A DNA stretch of 64,000 nt, taken from assembly GCA_965203355.1 (NCBI GenBank), contig OZ241889.1, positions 3,008,001-3,072,000 of the forward strand, in the 5' to 3' direction. Position numbers and translations under genes: made by a program. Shown piece by piece: positions 1 through 10,234 of the stretch; the stretch's first letter is position 1; every line of letters starts with the position of its first letter. Below the pieces are notes generated by a model, which made no database searches, was not told the origin of the DNA, and worked only from the letters and a program-made list of their open reading frames with translations. Source of the stretch: Candidatus Latescibacterota bacterium (GTDB lineage: Bacteria; Latescibacterota; UBA2968; UBA8231).

Positions 1-71
1 CTTCCAAGTACAATCGTATATCTTCTCTTGAGATACTCTGCTGAGTCCCAGCGAGTAGTATTAATAGGCAT
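1..71 (-). pseudogene. 5' part of an HI1420-like addiction module antidote (HTH antitoxin), apparently frameshifted; runs off the window edge
   Basis: Minus strand from ATG at 71 reads MPINTTRWDSAEYLK, then EDIRLYLE continues in another frame. This matches the 'WDSAEYLKTEEDI..YLE' N-terminus of this family. Confidence 0.6.
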
Positions 72-74
72 AAC

Positions 75-142
75 TCATCTCTCCAATTGTTTGGCTATCT
101 CTCTAGTTTTGATAATACTTCTGTTTTGCGGATCTCTATCAC
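75..142 (-). pseudogene. Internally deleted RelE/HigB-like (HI1419-type) addiction module toxin remnant
   Basis: GTG start gives MIEIRKTEV (typical N-terminus), joined out of frame to IKTREIAKQLER* (typical C-terminus). It lies 3 bp upstream of the antidote start; only 68 bp remain. Confidence 0.55.
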
Positions 143-214
143 TATTCCGCTTCGATCAGGTGTTTCTTATTCATCCCTAGTATCCCGTCAGGCACTACAA
201 ATTCATTTTCGCAA

Positions 215-638
215 AGGGAATGTCCCCCTCTGCCCAACACATACACCGGACTCGACCAAGCCATCTGCCCGTCGCACTGAATAGCCTTAACGAAATAAGC
301 GGCCTGCCCTTCCCCGCACGACTGATCCGCCGTCTCCAGCGTCAGTTCCAGCACTTCCACCCGCTCGGGATAGCGCTGCACCACCAACTGCATATCCAAG
401 CCGCCGTAGTCGAAGCGCAGCGACTCGTGCCCTAACTCCGCCAGCTCAATCTGGGCCGTCCATTGCGACTGTCGCTGTTGCACATGACCCCGACGTAGCC
501 GCAGTCCAGCGCGTCGAACAGCATCCACTCGAACACACCCCAGCCTGAGACGATCTCCACCAGATTGTGCGCCTCCGGGTCGAAATACGCCTTGACCACT
601 TGGTCAATGGTCTCGCGATACGTCAAACCCGCCGGCAT
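215..638 (-). pseudogene. Fragmented DUF3604/PHP-like protein
   Basis: Two frames carry LVEIVSGWGVFEWMLFDALDCGYVGVMCNSD..GRP and AYFVKAIQCDGQMAWSSPVYV, which resemble internal and C-terminal motifs of much longer proteins. Confidence 0.5.
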
Positions 639-656
639 AGCGGCAGCATGGTTTTC

Positions 657-2132
657 TCAATACGGGTTGGGATCGTACCACTCCCGCAACGCCGGATAAA
701 GCGCCTGATAGCGCTCAAAAGCGCGCCGATAGTATTCGACCCGCACTGGGTCGCAGTGGGTCGTCTCGGCCAGCTTGACCGTGCGCTGGCAAGCGGTGGC
801 AAAATCCGCGTAGAGCCCGCCGCCAACGCCGGCCAACAACGCCGCTCCTACTGCCGACAGATCGTCGGTGGCGATCCGCACCACGTCGCGCCCCAAAATA
901 TCGGCCTGGACCTGCCGCCACACCTCTGAATGCGAGCCGCCCTCGCCGATCCGCAACTCGTCAATGGGCAAGCCAATGGCGGCGAAGCAATCGAGCGAGT
1001 GCCGCAGGTCGAAGACGACCCCCTCCAGCACTGCCCGCACCAGATGCCCCTTCGTATGCCCCAGCGACAGCCCGACAAAGCCGCCGCGGGCATGGGCGTC
1101 GGGCCGCGGCGTGGCCCTTCCTTCGAGCCACGGCAGAAAAAACAACCCCTCGGCCCCAGCGGGAATCGCCGCGGCCGCTTCGGTCAATTCCTCGTAGCTG
1201 CCCCCAAACTCCTCCTTAAACCACTTGAGCGAGGCCCCGCCGGTAAACGAGCAGCCAAGCCAAGCGTATTGGCCGGGGATGGGATGGCACATCGGCCAGA
1301 GCTTGTCAAAGGCCCGTGGATCCAGCGCGTCGGCCAAAGCCGTGGCGTGCGCCGCCGTGCCGATGCCCAAGCTAATAATGCCCGGCTCAATCACCCCAGC
1401 ACCGAGGATCATGCAGGGCATGTCCCCGCCGCCAGCGACAACAGGCGTCCCCGCCGCCAGTCCAGTCTGCTCAGCCGCTACCGCAGTTACGGCCCCAACC
1501 ACGTCCGGCGAATTGACCAGACTCGGGAACAGCCCCACATCGACTTCCAACGCCTCCAGAATTTCCCCGGACCATTGGCGCGTACGCAGGTCAAAAGCCG
1601 CAGTCGTCGAGGCATCTGACACCTCGGCCGCTATCTGCCCGGTGAGCTGGTAGCGCAGCCAATCCTTGGGCAGTAGCACCCATCGACTCTGTTGGTAAAC
1701 GTCTGTCGCATGGTCTTTTACCCATAAAACCTTGGCCAATGTATTAACCGGCCCCAACCGCATTAGCGTCCGCTCCCGCAGCAGATCCCCCGCGCACTGC
1801 TCGGCCCAATCGCACTCGGCTTGCGAGCGGTGGTCGAGCCAGATCGGCACCCGCTGCAGGGGCTGCCCGGCACTATCGACAAACACCGCGCCGTTGATCT
1901 GCCCGGACAGACCAACGCAGGCGACCCGCGCTGGATCAATATCGGCGAGCGCCTGACGCACAGACGCGCACAGCCCGCGCCACCAGTCAGCCGGATTCTG
2001 CTCGACCCACTTAGGATGCGGCTTGTAGAGCGGATACCCGGCCTGCCCTCTGCCGATGAGGTCTCCAGCCTCGTCGAGGAGGACGGCCTTAGTGCTTCCC
2101 GTGCCTAAGTCAATGCCCAATGCACAGCGCAT
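657..2132 (-). CDS. xylB: FGGY carbohydrate kinase (xylulokinase-like)
   Basis: 491 aa; GIDLGTGSTK, GGGD, LGIGTA, FLPWLEGRATP and RAVLEGV motifs. Confidence 0.8.
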   Translation of the reverse strand: MRCALGIDLGTGSTKAVLLDEAGDLIGRGQAGYPLYKPHPKWVEQNPADWWRGLCASVRQALADIDPARVACVGLSGQINGAVFVDSAGQPLQRVPIWLDHRSQAECDWAEQCAGDLLRERTLMRLGPVNTLAKVLWVKDHATDVYQQSRWVLLPKDWLRYQLTGQIAAEVSDASTTAAFDLRTRQWSGEILEALEVDVGLFPSLVNSPDVVGAVTAVAAEQTGLAAGTPVVAGGGDMPCMILGAGVIEPGIISLGIGTAAHATALADALDPRAFDKLWPMCHPIPGQYAWLGCSFTGGASLKWFKEEFGGSYEELTEAAAAIPAGAEGLFFLPWLEGRATPRPDAHARGGFVGLSLGHTKGHLVRAVLEGVVFDLRHSLDCFAAIGLPIDELRIGEGGSHSEVWRQVQADILGRDVVRIATDDLSAVGAALLAGVGGGLYADFATACQRTVKLAETTHCDPVRVEYYRRAFERYQALYPALREWYDPNPY

Positions 2133-2189
2133 CTGACCCTCCTATGCAAATCGGTCCACGTGCTCCAGTCACCCACCTCATAAAGCCGC

Positions 2190-2320
2190 AAGCCCTTGCG
2201 AAACAGCCACGGCCAAGCCACCAAGTCGCGGCCCTGCTCTTCGAGAAAGTGCGCCGCGCAGATACCAACAACTCCACCGCCGATGACCAGCCAGCACATC
2301 TACCTGTCACGTCGCGTCAT
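2190..2320 (-). pseudogene. N-terminal remnant of an FAD-dependent oxidoreductase (DAO-like)
   Basis: LVIGGGVVGICAAHFLEEQGRD is a GxGxxG dinucleotide-binding start with no continuation. Confidence 0.45.
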
Positions 2321-2425
2321 AGCCTTTGTCCGACCGCTTGACGTCGGTTGTGTTTCGCGCTACGTATGTCAGGGACATTATACGCTGAAAATCTGCGTTG
2401 AGCTACCAACAGAAAGGAACGGCCC

Positions 2426-3493
2426 ATGTTAGATCGCGCCGTGCGCATCGGCATGATCGGCTGCGGCACCCAAGCCAACGTCCACTTTGCCGGCCTCAAA
2501 GCACTGGGCGCGGACCAAGCCACAGTTGCCGCCGTCTGCGACCTCAATGACAAGCGCTTAGCGACCGCCGGTCAGCACTGGCCCGAAGCCCGCACGGCCA
2601 AAGACTACCGGGACCTGCTCGCCCCCGGGGATCTCGACTTGGTCATCGTCGCCACCATGCCCAACACGCACCAAGCCATGTCGTTGGCCAGCCTCGACGC
2701 CGGAGCCTGCGTACTGTGCGAAAAGCCCTTTATGATGAATGTCGCGCAGGCCGAAGCCGTCCTCGCCAAGGCGACGGAGACTGGGCTGCAAGTTCAGCTC
2801 GGCACCAACATGCGCTATATGCCGAGTTCGCGGTACTTACGCGATCTGGTCCAAACGGGATCTATCGGCGAGCCAGTGTTCGCCAAAGCGTGGGGTTGCC
2901 ACCGCGATCCACCGGTCTGGGGGCCGCACTACCACCGCGCCACCTCCGGCGGCGGAGTCCTCGCCTCGACTTTGGTCCACACGCTCGACTTGGCGATGTG
3001 GATCGGCGGCTCGCCCAACCCACTCACCGTCAGCGCGGCAACCCGACGCCTCTTCCCCGGTAAGCGCGGTGCCAAAATCGACGATGCCATCCACGCACAC
3101 TACGACGCCGAAGACCTCATCAGTGCCTTGGTGCGCTTTGACAACGGCGCCTTTTACTCCTTGGAGGGCAATTGGTGTAGCGAGCGAACCGACTTCCACA
3201 GCTTTGAGCTGACCACCACCCGCGCCACAGTAACCGGCGCACCCTTGGCGGTCAACGTCGATGTCGCAGGGGCGATCGTCGATCAGACGCCCCAACTCAA
3301 CGGCAGCGACGACTGGTTCCAAAGCGTCCACACCCAAGACGCCGCGCTCATCGCCCAACTCCGTGCTGGCGAGCCTTGGGACATGCAGGATGCCCGCCAG
3401 CTACTCAACTTGCAAAAGGTCGTCGATGCCTGTTACGAATCGGCGCGTACGGGTCGAGAGGTTGTAATAACCAACACGGCTACAACAGGTTGA
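2426..3493 (+). CDS. Gfo/Idh/MocA family oxidoreductase
   Basis: 355 aa; IGMIGCG, CEKP and GGGVL motifs. Confidence 0.9.
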   Translation: MLDRAVRIGMIGCGTQANVHFAGLKALGADQATVAAVCDLNDKRLATAGQHWPEARTAKDYRDLLAPGDLDLVIVATMPNTHQAMSLASLDAGACVLCEKPFMMNVAQAEAVLAKATETGLQVQLGTNMRYMPSSRYLRDLVQTGSIGEPVFAKAWGCHRDPPVWGPHYHRATSGGGVLASTLVHTLDLAMWIGGSPNPLTVSAATRRLFPGKRGAKIDDAIHAHYDAEDLISALVRFDNGAFYSLEGNWCSERTDFHSFELTTTRATVTGAPLAVNVDVAGAIVDQTPQLNGSDDWFQSVHTQDAALIAQLRAGEPWDMQDARQLLNLQKVVDACYESARTGREVVITNTATTG

Positions 3494-3507
3494 CGCGAGG
3501 AAACACC

Positions 3508-4356
3508 ATGCCCCAGCCCAACGCTTGGACACCCGTCGAGGCCCGCAGCACCGCCGATTTGCTGCACAGCCTGCCCCGCCCTCTCACCGCCTTGGCCGCC
3601 GGTGCCGTACCCGCCGTAGTCTTGCGCGGAGCCTATCCGCCCGATCACTGCCGCGGCTTGATGCGCCGCTTTGCCGAGCGCGGCTATTTCGATCCGGCCA
3701 CTGTGGGCCAAGCCGCCCAGCTAAGCGGCGGTCCCTATCTCGACTTGGGCACCAGCCTCGGACGGCTCGGAGCCGATCCAAACGCCTTCTTCGCTCACGC
3801 CGCCCGCACCCACGAGTTGTTCGCCACGCTCTTCGCCGGATTCACAGATCCAGTGCGCACAATGTACGCGGCCCTCGCGGCCCTCGCCGAGGGCAAAGTC
3901 GTGCAAACCGCACGCGAACCGGACGGGCGGCTCTACGGACCGGCCATTTTCCGCATGTATCACGCCGCCGAAGGCCACAGACCTCACTACGACTCCGTGG
4001 CCAAACGCTCCCGTCCCGGCTGGGAATACGCAGTCGCCGACTTCCAGCACCAGTTCGCCGGGGTGCTGTGCTTGCAGACCGGCGATGCCGCAAGCACCGA
4101 CGAACCTTTTATCTATCGCTGCTGGGGCGCCCAACCCCACCTTGAGGAAGTCCTGCGCGAAAACCGCTTTGCCGAGTACGCGGCTGAGCATGGCATCCCC
4201 CGCGTCCAAGTCCGGCTGACGCCGGGCGATCTCTATTTCTTCTGCACCGAAAACATCCACGAAGTAGCGCGCCTAACGCGCCAGCGCCGGCGCGTCGTGC
4301 TGGCCTTCTTCTTCGCCATGTCGGCGGACGAGCCGACGATTTTCGTCTGGTCCTAA
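3508..4356 (+). CDS. Putative 2OG-Fe(II) oxygenase-fold protein
   Basis: ATG at 3508 after GAGG; HxD (PHYD), then PGDLYFF..ENIHEV and a distal R. Confidence 0.6.
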   Translation: MPQPNAWTPVEARSTADLLHSLPRPLTALAAGAVPAVVLRGAYPPDHCRGLMRRFAERGYFDPATVGQAAQLSGGPYLDLGTSLGRLGADPNAFFAHAARTHELFATLFAGFTDPVRTMYAALAALAEGKVVQTAREPDGRLYGPAIFRMYHAAEGHRPHYDSVAKRSRPGWEYAVADFQHQFAGVLCLQTGDAASTDEPFIYRCWGAQPHLEEVLRENRFAEYAAEHGIPRVQVRLTPGDLYFFCTENIHEVARLTRQRRRVVLAFFFAMSADEPTIFVWS

Positions 4357-4407
4357 GGTCGTATGGCCCGGCCGCGCCGGAGGAAGGCGCGGATGGCGCA
4401 GCGGCTC

Positions 4408-7311
4408 TTAGTCCGCTGCCTGCGCCACGGCCGCTTGATAGTACTCCCGCAGCAAGCCATCGAGGGCCGCAGAGGTTTGGTTGTAGTTCGTCCATCCGTA
4501 AGGCGTGTTGTCAAAGCGCACATCGCCCACGAGGGAATCGGCGCCCCGCGACAGGAGCAAGCGGGCCATTTCAAACTGGTCGGCGACGACGGTTTTGTGC
4601 AGGGGCGTACTGCCGTGGTCGTAAGACCGAAATGCGCCGGCAAAGCCGTTGATGTCGGCCCCGCGATCCAGTAGGAAAGCTGCGGCTTCCAACGCGCCGC
4701 TGTAGGCGGCCAGGTTGAGTGCTTCGACGAGGATTTGCTCGTCGGTGAGCACCGTGTCCGGGTCCGGGTGGTACAGATGGCCGGTTCCCTTTTTCAGCTT
4801 GCCTTCAGCGTCGAAGAACCGAGCCATCAGATCGACGCGATTGGCGCCGGCGGCAAAGCGCAAATCGACCGGGGCCCCGGCCTCGATCAACAGACGCGCC
4901 AGTTCGCGGTTTTCGGCGATCAGGGCTTTCCACAGTATTCGGCCGCGGTTGCGGTCCAAATCAACCCCTTGATCGACCAAGAGATCGACCAACTCGGCCT
5001 TGGTGCCGGCCCAGTCGAGTTGGGCACTCTGAGCCACCAGTTCCAGCACCGTAACCGCATCGTACGTGGTCGCGTTGGGATCGGCACCGGCGGCGAGTAA
5101 GACCGCGGCCAGTTCAACGACATTGGCCGGCAGTGGTGCGCGCTGCGGCTCGCCGGCCACGTGGTGTAAGAGCGTGGCCCCGCGAAAGTAGGGATATTCG
5201 TAGTACTCGTCGAAATAGCCCTCGGCGGCCGTTAGTTCGGGATGTTCGGCGAGTAGGTCCCGGAGCGTGTCTACATCGCCGGCGTCCATGGCTTGGACGG
5301 CCCGGTAAAAGTCGGGATGCCCGGCGTCGCTGCGGTCGCGACCTTGCGGCGGCAAAGATTCGCCCGCCCGCGGAATCGCCAGTGCCACCAGCTCGGGCGG
5401 GCGCTCGGGGTCGCTAAAATCGTGGCCGACCGCAACGACCACGTACTGGCGTCCATCCGCCATATAACTCATCGGCGCACCGTAGGCATTGCTGGGCAGG
5501 TCGATGCGGCCGATTTCCCGGCCCGACGCCAGATCGTAGGCGCGTAGGTAGGCGTCGCGATCGACAAAGTAATCCGCGCCAGCGTCGCTCAGGTCGTGTG
5601 GGTCTTGCGAGGCGGCCAGGAGCAACCGGGGGGTAGTCAGCACAAAGGTGCGGTTGTCCCAGCCCATATCCGGCAGATCGAGGCCCTTGAGGGCTGGGTG
5701 GTCCACCGGCCCCTTGCCCACCGTCGTCCGCCACAGGTGCTCGCCCGTGTTGAGGTCAATGGCCGTGATGCTGCCATACGGCGGCTTGACCAGCGGCAAC
5801 CCTTGCGGGCCGAGGACGTGGGACTCGTTGGTGGCAAAAAAGGTCGAATGCGCGGCCGGGTCTTCCACCCGATGCAGTTGTACCGTGGTAATGGCGAGGT
5901 GCGACGGCACGTAGAGGATGCCCGTCTTGGGGTCGGCCGCGCCCCCGGCCCAATCGGCACCGCCCCACTGCCCGGGCACCACCAAAACGCCCTTCTCGGT
6001 CGGCGGCGCGTAGAGCGGGCCGTAGTCGTAGCGGGCGAGGATCGCCGCGGCTTGTTGGCGCAGTTCGGGCGTGAAGTCAATCAGATCGGCTTCGCTGATG
6101 CCTTGGCGTTCAAACGGCGCCGGTTGGGTCGGGAAGGGCTGGGTCGGAGCGGTCTGCTCGCCCGGCACCTGCGACTGGGGCACGGACCGTTCGACAATCG
6201 GCCAGATCGGCTCGCCGCTTTTGCGGTCAAACACGAAGCAGAACGCCTGCTTGGTCAGCACAGCGACAATTTGGCGCAGGCGACCTTGTACTTCCACATC
6301 CAACAACACCGGCGGGGCGGGTGGATCGTAATCCCAGAGGCCATGGTGGACCAGTTGATAGTGCCAGACCCGCTCGCCCGTCTCGGCATTCAGACAGACG
6401 ATCGACTCGCTGAAGAGATTGTCGCCCGGGCGCTCGCCGCCGTAGTAGTCGTGGCTGGCAGAACTCACCGGCAGGTAGAGGTAGCCCAGCGTTTCGTCAG
6501 CGGTCATTGAGGCCCAGACATTGGCGGCACCGTAGGTCTTCCAAGCGTCGCTTTGCCAAGTCTCATTGCCGTATTCGCCCGCCTGCGGAATCGTGTGAAA
6601 CTCCCAGACCTTAGCTCCGGTTCTTGCGTCGAAAGCCTGTACATCGCCGGGGGGCGTGTACTCAGCCGGAGGCCGGCCGCGCCAGTCGCCAATGGCCGAA
6701 CCGACCGCGACTACGCCCCGGCAAATCACGGGCGGGGCGGTCACGCCGTAGTTCCAGCGGTCGCCGTCGGTCAGTGGACGGCGCAGGGACGCGCCTAAGT
6801 CAACCCGACCCTCTTGACCAAACGCCGGGTCTGGCCGGCCGGTTTTGGCATCAATGGAGTACAAATAGGCAGTCGAAGTGGCGAGGAAAATCCGCTCAAC
6901 CTCGCCATCGGTCCAGTAGCTTGCGCCGCGCAGGTTGCCCAAGAAGCGAGGCTCAACGCGCCAAGCCTCTGGATCAAACGTCCACAGTTTTTCGCCGCTA
7001 GCCCCGTCGAGGGCGACGAGGATATTGAACGGCGAGGCGTAGTATAGCACCCCATTGACGGCAATCGGCGTACTGCGGTGCTCGTCAAAGTCTAGGTCGC
7101 GATCGGCCGTCTCGTATAGCTGCTGATCGGGCGGGCGAAAGCGCCACACTACGCGCAGTTGGTCGAAGTTGTCCGGGCCGATCTGGGCAGCGGGCGAGTA
7201 CTTGGTGCCGCCCAGATCCGAGGTGTAGTAAGGCCAATCAACCGCTTGAGCCTCGGCGGTCGCTAGCAAAATCAGCCATACGCTCAGGGAGCCATAGGCG
7301 CGTTTGTTCAC
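4408..7311 (-). CDS. Secreted PQQ-dependent (glucose/quinate-type) dehydrogenase fused to a C-terminal ankyrin repeat region
   Basis: 967 aa; signal peptide (AEAQA), KYSP, GAANVW and WHYQLVHHGLWDYD motifs; ankyrin motifs TLLHHVA..LLAAGADPN and TPLH..LLSRGAD. Confidence 0.85.
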   Translation of the reverse strand: MNKRAYGSLSVWLILLATAEAQAVDWPYYTSDLGGTKYSPAAQIGPDNFDQLRVVWRFRPPDQQLYETADRDLDFDEHRSTPIAVNGVLYYASPFNILVALDGASGEKLWTFDPEAWRVEPRFLGNLRGASYWTDGEVERIFLATSTAYLYSIDAKTGRPDPAFGQEGRVDLGASLRRPLTDGDRWNYGVTAPPVICRGVVAVGSAIGDWRGRPPAEYTPPGDVQAFDARTGAKVWEFHTIPQAGEYGNETWQSDAWKTYGAANVWASMTADETLGYLYLPVSSASHDYYGGERPGDNLFSESIVCLNAETGERVWHYQLVHHGLWDYDPPAPPVLLDVEVQGRLRQIVAVLTKQAFCFVFDRKSGEPIWPIVERSVPQSQVPGEQTAPTQPFPTQPAPFERQGISEADLIDFTPELRQQAAAILARYDYGPLYAPPTEKGVLVVPGQWGGADWAGGAADPKTGILYVPSHLAITTVQLHRVEDPAAHSTFFATNESHVLGPQGLPLVKPPYGSITAIDLNTGEHLWRTTVGKGPVDHPALKGLDLPDMGWDNRTFVLTTPRLLLAASQDPHDLSDAGADYFVDRDAYLRAYDLASGREIGRIDLPSNAYGAPMSYMADGRQYVVVAVGHDFSDPERPPELVALAIPRAGESLPPQGRDRSDAGHPDFYRAVQAMDAGDVDTLRDLLAEHPELTAAEGYFDEYYEYPYFRGATLLHHVAGEPQRAPLPANVVELAAVLLAAGADPNATTYDAVTVLELVAQSAQLDWAGTKAELVDLLVDQGVDLDRNRGRILWKALIAENRELARLLIEAGAPVDLRFAAGANRVDLMARFFDAEGKLKKGTGHLYHPDPDTVLTDEQILVEALNLAAYSGALEAAAFLLDRGADINGFAGAFRSYDHGSTPLHKTVVADQFEMARLLLSRGADSLVGDVRFDNTPYGWTNYNQTSAALDGLLREYYQAAVAQAAD

Positions 7312-7449
7312 TCGTTTGCTCCTTTCTGCACGGTTTCTATAAGCATCTTAAAAACAGAAACGAGGCGTTGAATAGTGTCAAACGCCCCGCTCTTCTCCTG
7401 AACGTACCTTCGCGTCAGATAAAGACCACGACCCAAAAGACGACGAAAG

Positions 7450-7584
7450 ATGAAATTTGAATGGGACTCAGAAAAAGCCAAAGTAAACGAGCAGAAACAC
7501 GATCTCCGTTTTCACGAAGGAGCTACTGTCTTTGGGGATCCGCTCCCGATCATTTCGGAATGGTTGCTGGCATATCTCGCGTAA
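7450..7584 (+). pseudogene. Truncated BrnT-family toxin
   Basis: MKFEWDSEKAKVNEQKHDLRFHEGATVFGDPL is a BrnT N-terminus. The PDH motif follows out of frame and a stop comes after 44 codons. No BrnA follows. Confidence 0.7.
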
Positions 7585-7705
7585 TCGCATCTTCAGCTAG
7601 GGACTACTCTGCCCCTGAGCGACTGAGAAACGCATCCGCATGCGGAAAGGGCCACTCGGACTTGTGCGCCAGCGGCGTGCATTTACACGCAAGCGCACCA
7701 AGTTC

Positions 7706-8392
7706 TCATTCTCTGGCGGCTTGCAGCTTTTCCAATACCTGCCATTGCTGGCGCTGGCGGCTCTCAGCCGAGTCGAATACTTCGCGGACGAAATGGGCGC
7801 GGCTTTTGCCCCCGGCTAGTTCGGTCAAGCGATTTTGCAAGTCGTCGGGCGAGGGGTCGCGCCCGAGGGCCGCACGGTACACCCCACACGCAAAAGCCGC
7901 CGCGTCTGTTTCGTCGAGCCAGTCTTGGGCCTCGTAGGCGAAGGCTTTGAGGGTGTGGGCTAAAGAAGCCGCCAACCAAGCTTTGTGCTCTTCGAGCGGA
8001 CCTAAAATACCGTACAACTCAGCGCACAATTCCGCGTCGCCCACCCCCTGCCGAGCTTCTTCCACAGGCTGGCCTTCGGCCCAAGCGCGCAGGGTTTTTA
8101 CATAGGTCTTGGCCCGGCACCGACGCTGGTCGTCCATTTCCCAATCCCGAGTGAGTACATCGACCGCCGGACATCGAGCGTATGTGCCCGCGCCGATCGC
8201 CTGGACGAGTAGGTCGAGATTGTCAAAGGCTCGGTAGTGGGTCAGCGAGTCGAAGCGCGAGATCAGGGCGCGGATGTATCGCACCGCGTCGGGTAGTTCC
8301 TCCAGCGAAGCAACTTGGGCGTCGATGCGCTGCATAGCTTCGTCGGGCGCGTCGCGGTGGTGCAAAATGTTGCGCCAGTGGGAATCAGGCAT
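7706..8392 (-). CDS. Hypothetical protein with C-terminal DUF4214-like domain
   Basis: 228 aa; C-terminal YRAALGRDPS...L..GKSRAHFVREVFDSAE; RBS AGGAG. Confidence 0.6.
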   Translation of the reverse strand: MPDSHWRNILHHRDAPDEAMQRIDAQVASLEELPDAVRYIRALISRFDSLTHYRAFDNLDLLVQAIGAGTYARCPAVDVLTRDWEMDDQRRCRAKTYVKTLRAWAEGQPVEEARQGVGDAELCAELYGILGPLEEHKAWLAASLAHTLKAFAYEAQDWLDETDAAAFACGVYRAALGRDPSPDDLQNRLTELAGGKSRAHFVREVFDSAESRQRQQWQVLEKLQAARE

Positions 8393-8431
8393 GATGTCTC
8401 CTGTCGAGTTAGGTATTGAGCCGATTGTGTT

Positions 8432-9472
8432 TTATGCGCGGAACAAATGGCTCTCAATGGGCAGGCTCACTTCAATGCCCGAGGTGGCCGCCTGTAAGCC
8501 GGCTTCCATGATCTCTTGGGCGTGGCGTGATTGAATGGCGTTGGTCGTGCCTTGAGGCGACTGCCCCGAGCGAATGCAGTGGAGGAAATACGCGGCGGCA
8601 TTGCGCTCGGCCGCGGGCAATGCGTCGAGTTCTGCTTTTGTTCCCGCTCGGCTCTGGCGGGTGTACACCGTCACCTGACTCCCCACGATCATAGTCCCCT
8701 CCGTGCCGTACAGGACCACGTCGTGGGGCGGCACGTGCGGCACGGCTTCAGTCCAACTCATTTCCAAGCGGCACAAAGCCTCGGGATAGCGCAGCACCAT
8801 AATGCCGTTATCGTCAACCGGCAGATGGGTTTTGAGCAAGCGACCCGCCATGGCCACGACACTGTGCGGCCGGCCCAAAAAGTGGACGCACAGACTAGCT
8901 CCGTATCCGCTGTAGTCGTTGAACGCCCCGGCCCCGTTAAGCTGGGCATCGAAGAGGAAACCGCAGAATTCGTCGGAGCAACCCAACTCGTCCGGGCCGC
9001 AGTGGCCGCCGCGCCAAGTAAGCTGCCACAATCGCCCAATGGCCCCTTCCCGGACGAGGCGGTGGGCCGTGTGCAAGGGCCGCGACCAAGCCGTGGGCCA
9101 GTTGACCATCAAGCAAATTTGGTGGCACTGAGCCGCGGTCAGCATGCGGTCGGCCTGTTCAAGCGTGGCGGCCATAGGTTTTTCGACCATCGCGTGCATG
9201 CCCCGAGCCGCGCACAACTCGACGACCGGGGCGTGGTGTGCGGTGGCCGAAAAAACAAAAACAGCGTCGGGAGCTTGCGCGTCGAGCAGGGCTTCGTACT
9301 CGCCGTACACTAGGTCGCAGCCCGTGCGCTCGCGGAAGCGGTCCTGCAGCACGGGATTGGGGTCGGCACCGCCCACGAGGAGGGCTTCCTCCTGCTCGGC
9401 TAGTTCCCTGAGATTGCTCCACAAGTGGTCGTGGGCCATGCCCAGCACGGCGACTCTGATCGGATCAGTCAT
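8432..9472 (-). CDS. Gfo/Idh/MocA family oxidoreductase
   Basis: 346 aa; VAVLGMAHDH, VEKPMA and GAGAFNDY motifs. Confidence 0.9.
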   Translation of the reverse strand: MTDPIRVAVLGMAHDHLWSNLRELAEQEEALLVGGADPNPVLQDRFRERTGCDLVYGEYEALLDAQAPDAVFVFSATAHHAPVVELCAARGMHAMVEKPMAATLEQADRMLTAAQCHQICLMVNWPTAWSRPLHTAHRLVREGAIGRLWQLTWRGGHCGPDELGCSDEFCGFLFDAQLNGAGAFNDYSGYGASLCVHFLGRPHSVVAMAGRLLKTHLPVDDNGIMVLRYPEALCRLEMSWTEAVPHVPPHDVVLYGTEGTMIVGSQVTVYTRQSRAGTKAELDALPAAERNAAAYFLHCIRSGQSPQGTTNAIQSRHAQEIMEAGLQAATSGIEVSLPIESHLFRA

Positions 9473-9594
9473 GTAACAGACTCCTGCGTGTTGTTGAGGT
9501 GTGTGGTCCTGGTCTGGTCAATCTATACCCCTAAGGGTAAAGAGAGCAAGAAGGAAGGGCCGCCCAATCCAGAGCCAGAGTTAAGAGCGGTCGC

Positions 9595-10212
9595 TCAGGA
9601 CAGCTTAACGGCAATAAGGTGGGACTTTTCCAGCCGTAGGATGTAGGTCAGGTAATCGGCCGTCTCGTCTAAGCGGCTTCTAAAGGCTGCCCAATGCGGA
9701 TTCTGATCCCATGGTTCGACTTTGGACCAGCCATCGACAAAGAGAAACGCCCCCGGCACCAGACGGTTTTCCAGCACGGCGAACATGGGCGCAAAAGCGG
9801 GCAGGCCAAAATCTACCAAGACAAAATCCACGCATTCGGGAAGGGCGGCGATAAAAGCAGCCCCCGCCCCAGTGTAGCATTCCACCAAGTGATCCAAACC
9901 AGCTTGGCGCAAATTGACCCGCGCCGCCATGGTTTTTTTTCGCACCCGATCTAGGCTGAAGACGCGGCCTCCGGTACGCTGGGCCGCAGCCGCTAGGTGC
10001 AGGGTGGAATAGCCGTGCGAAGTACCAAATTCGACTAAGGTCTGGGCCTGTTGGTGGATCGCGGTCAGACAGAGGTAATGGGCCACTTGGGGACTGACAG
10101 CCTTAAGGCGCAACGGATCCGTAGAGCCCGCTTGGCGCTCCTGCTGGTCGCGTCTGTGCAAGCTGGCGACAAGGGCTTGTTGCGTCGGCGTGAAGAGATC
10201 CTCGATGTGCAT
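9595..10212 (-). CDS. Class I SAM-dependent O-methyltransferase
   Basis: 205 aa; LVEFGTSHGYSTLHLA and VDFVLVD motifs. Confidence 0.85.
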   Translation of the reverse strand: MHIEDLFTPTQQALVASLHRRDQQERQAGSTDPLRLKAVSPQVAHYLCLTAIHQQAQTLVEFGTSHGYSTLHLAAAAQRTGGRVFSLDRVRKKTMAARVNLRQAGLDHLVECYTGAGAAFIAALPECVDFVLVDFGLPAFAPMFAVLENRLVPGAFLFVDGWSKVEPWDQNPHWAAFRSRLDETADYLTYILRLEKSHLIAVKLS

Positions 10213-10234
10213 GGGCTCCGGCGGATCAGGATGT

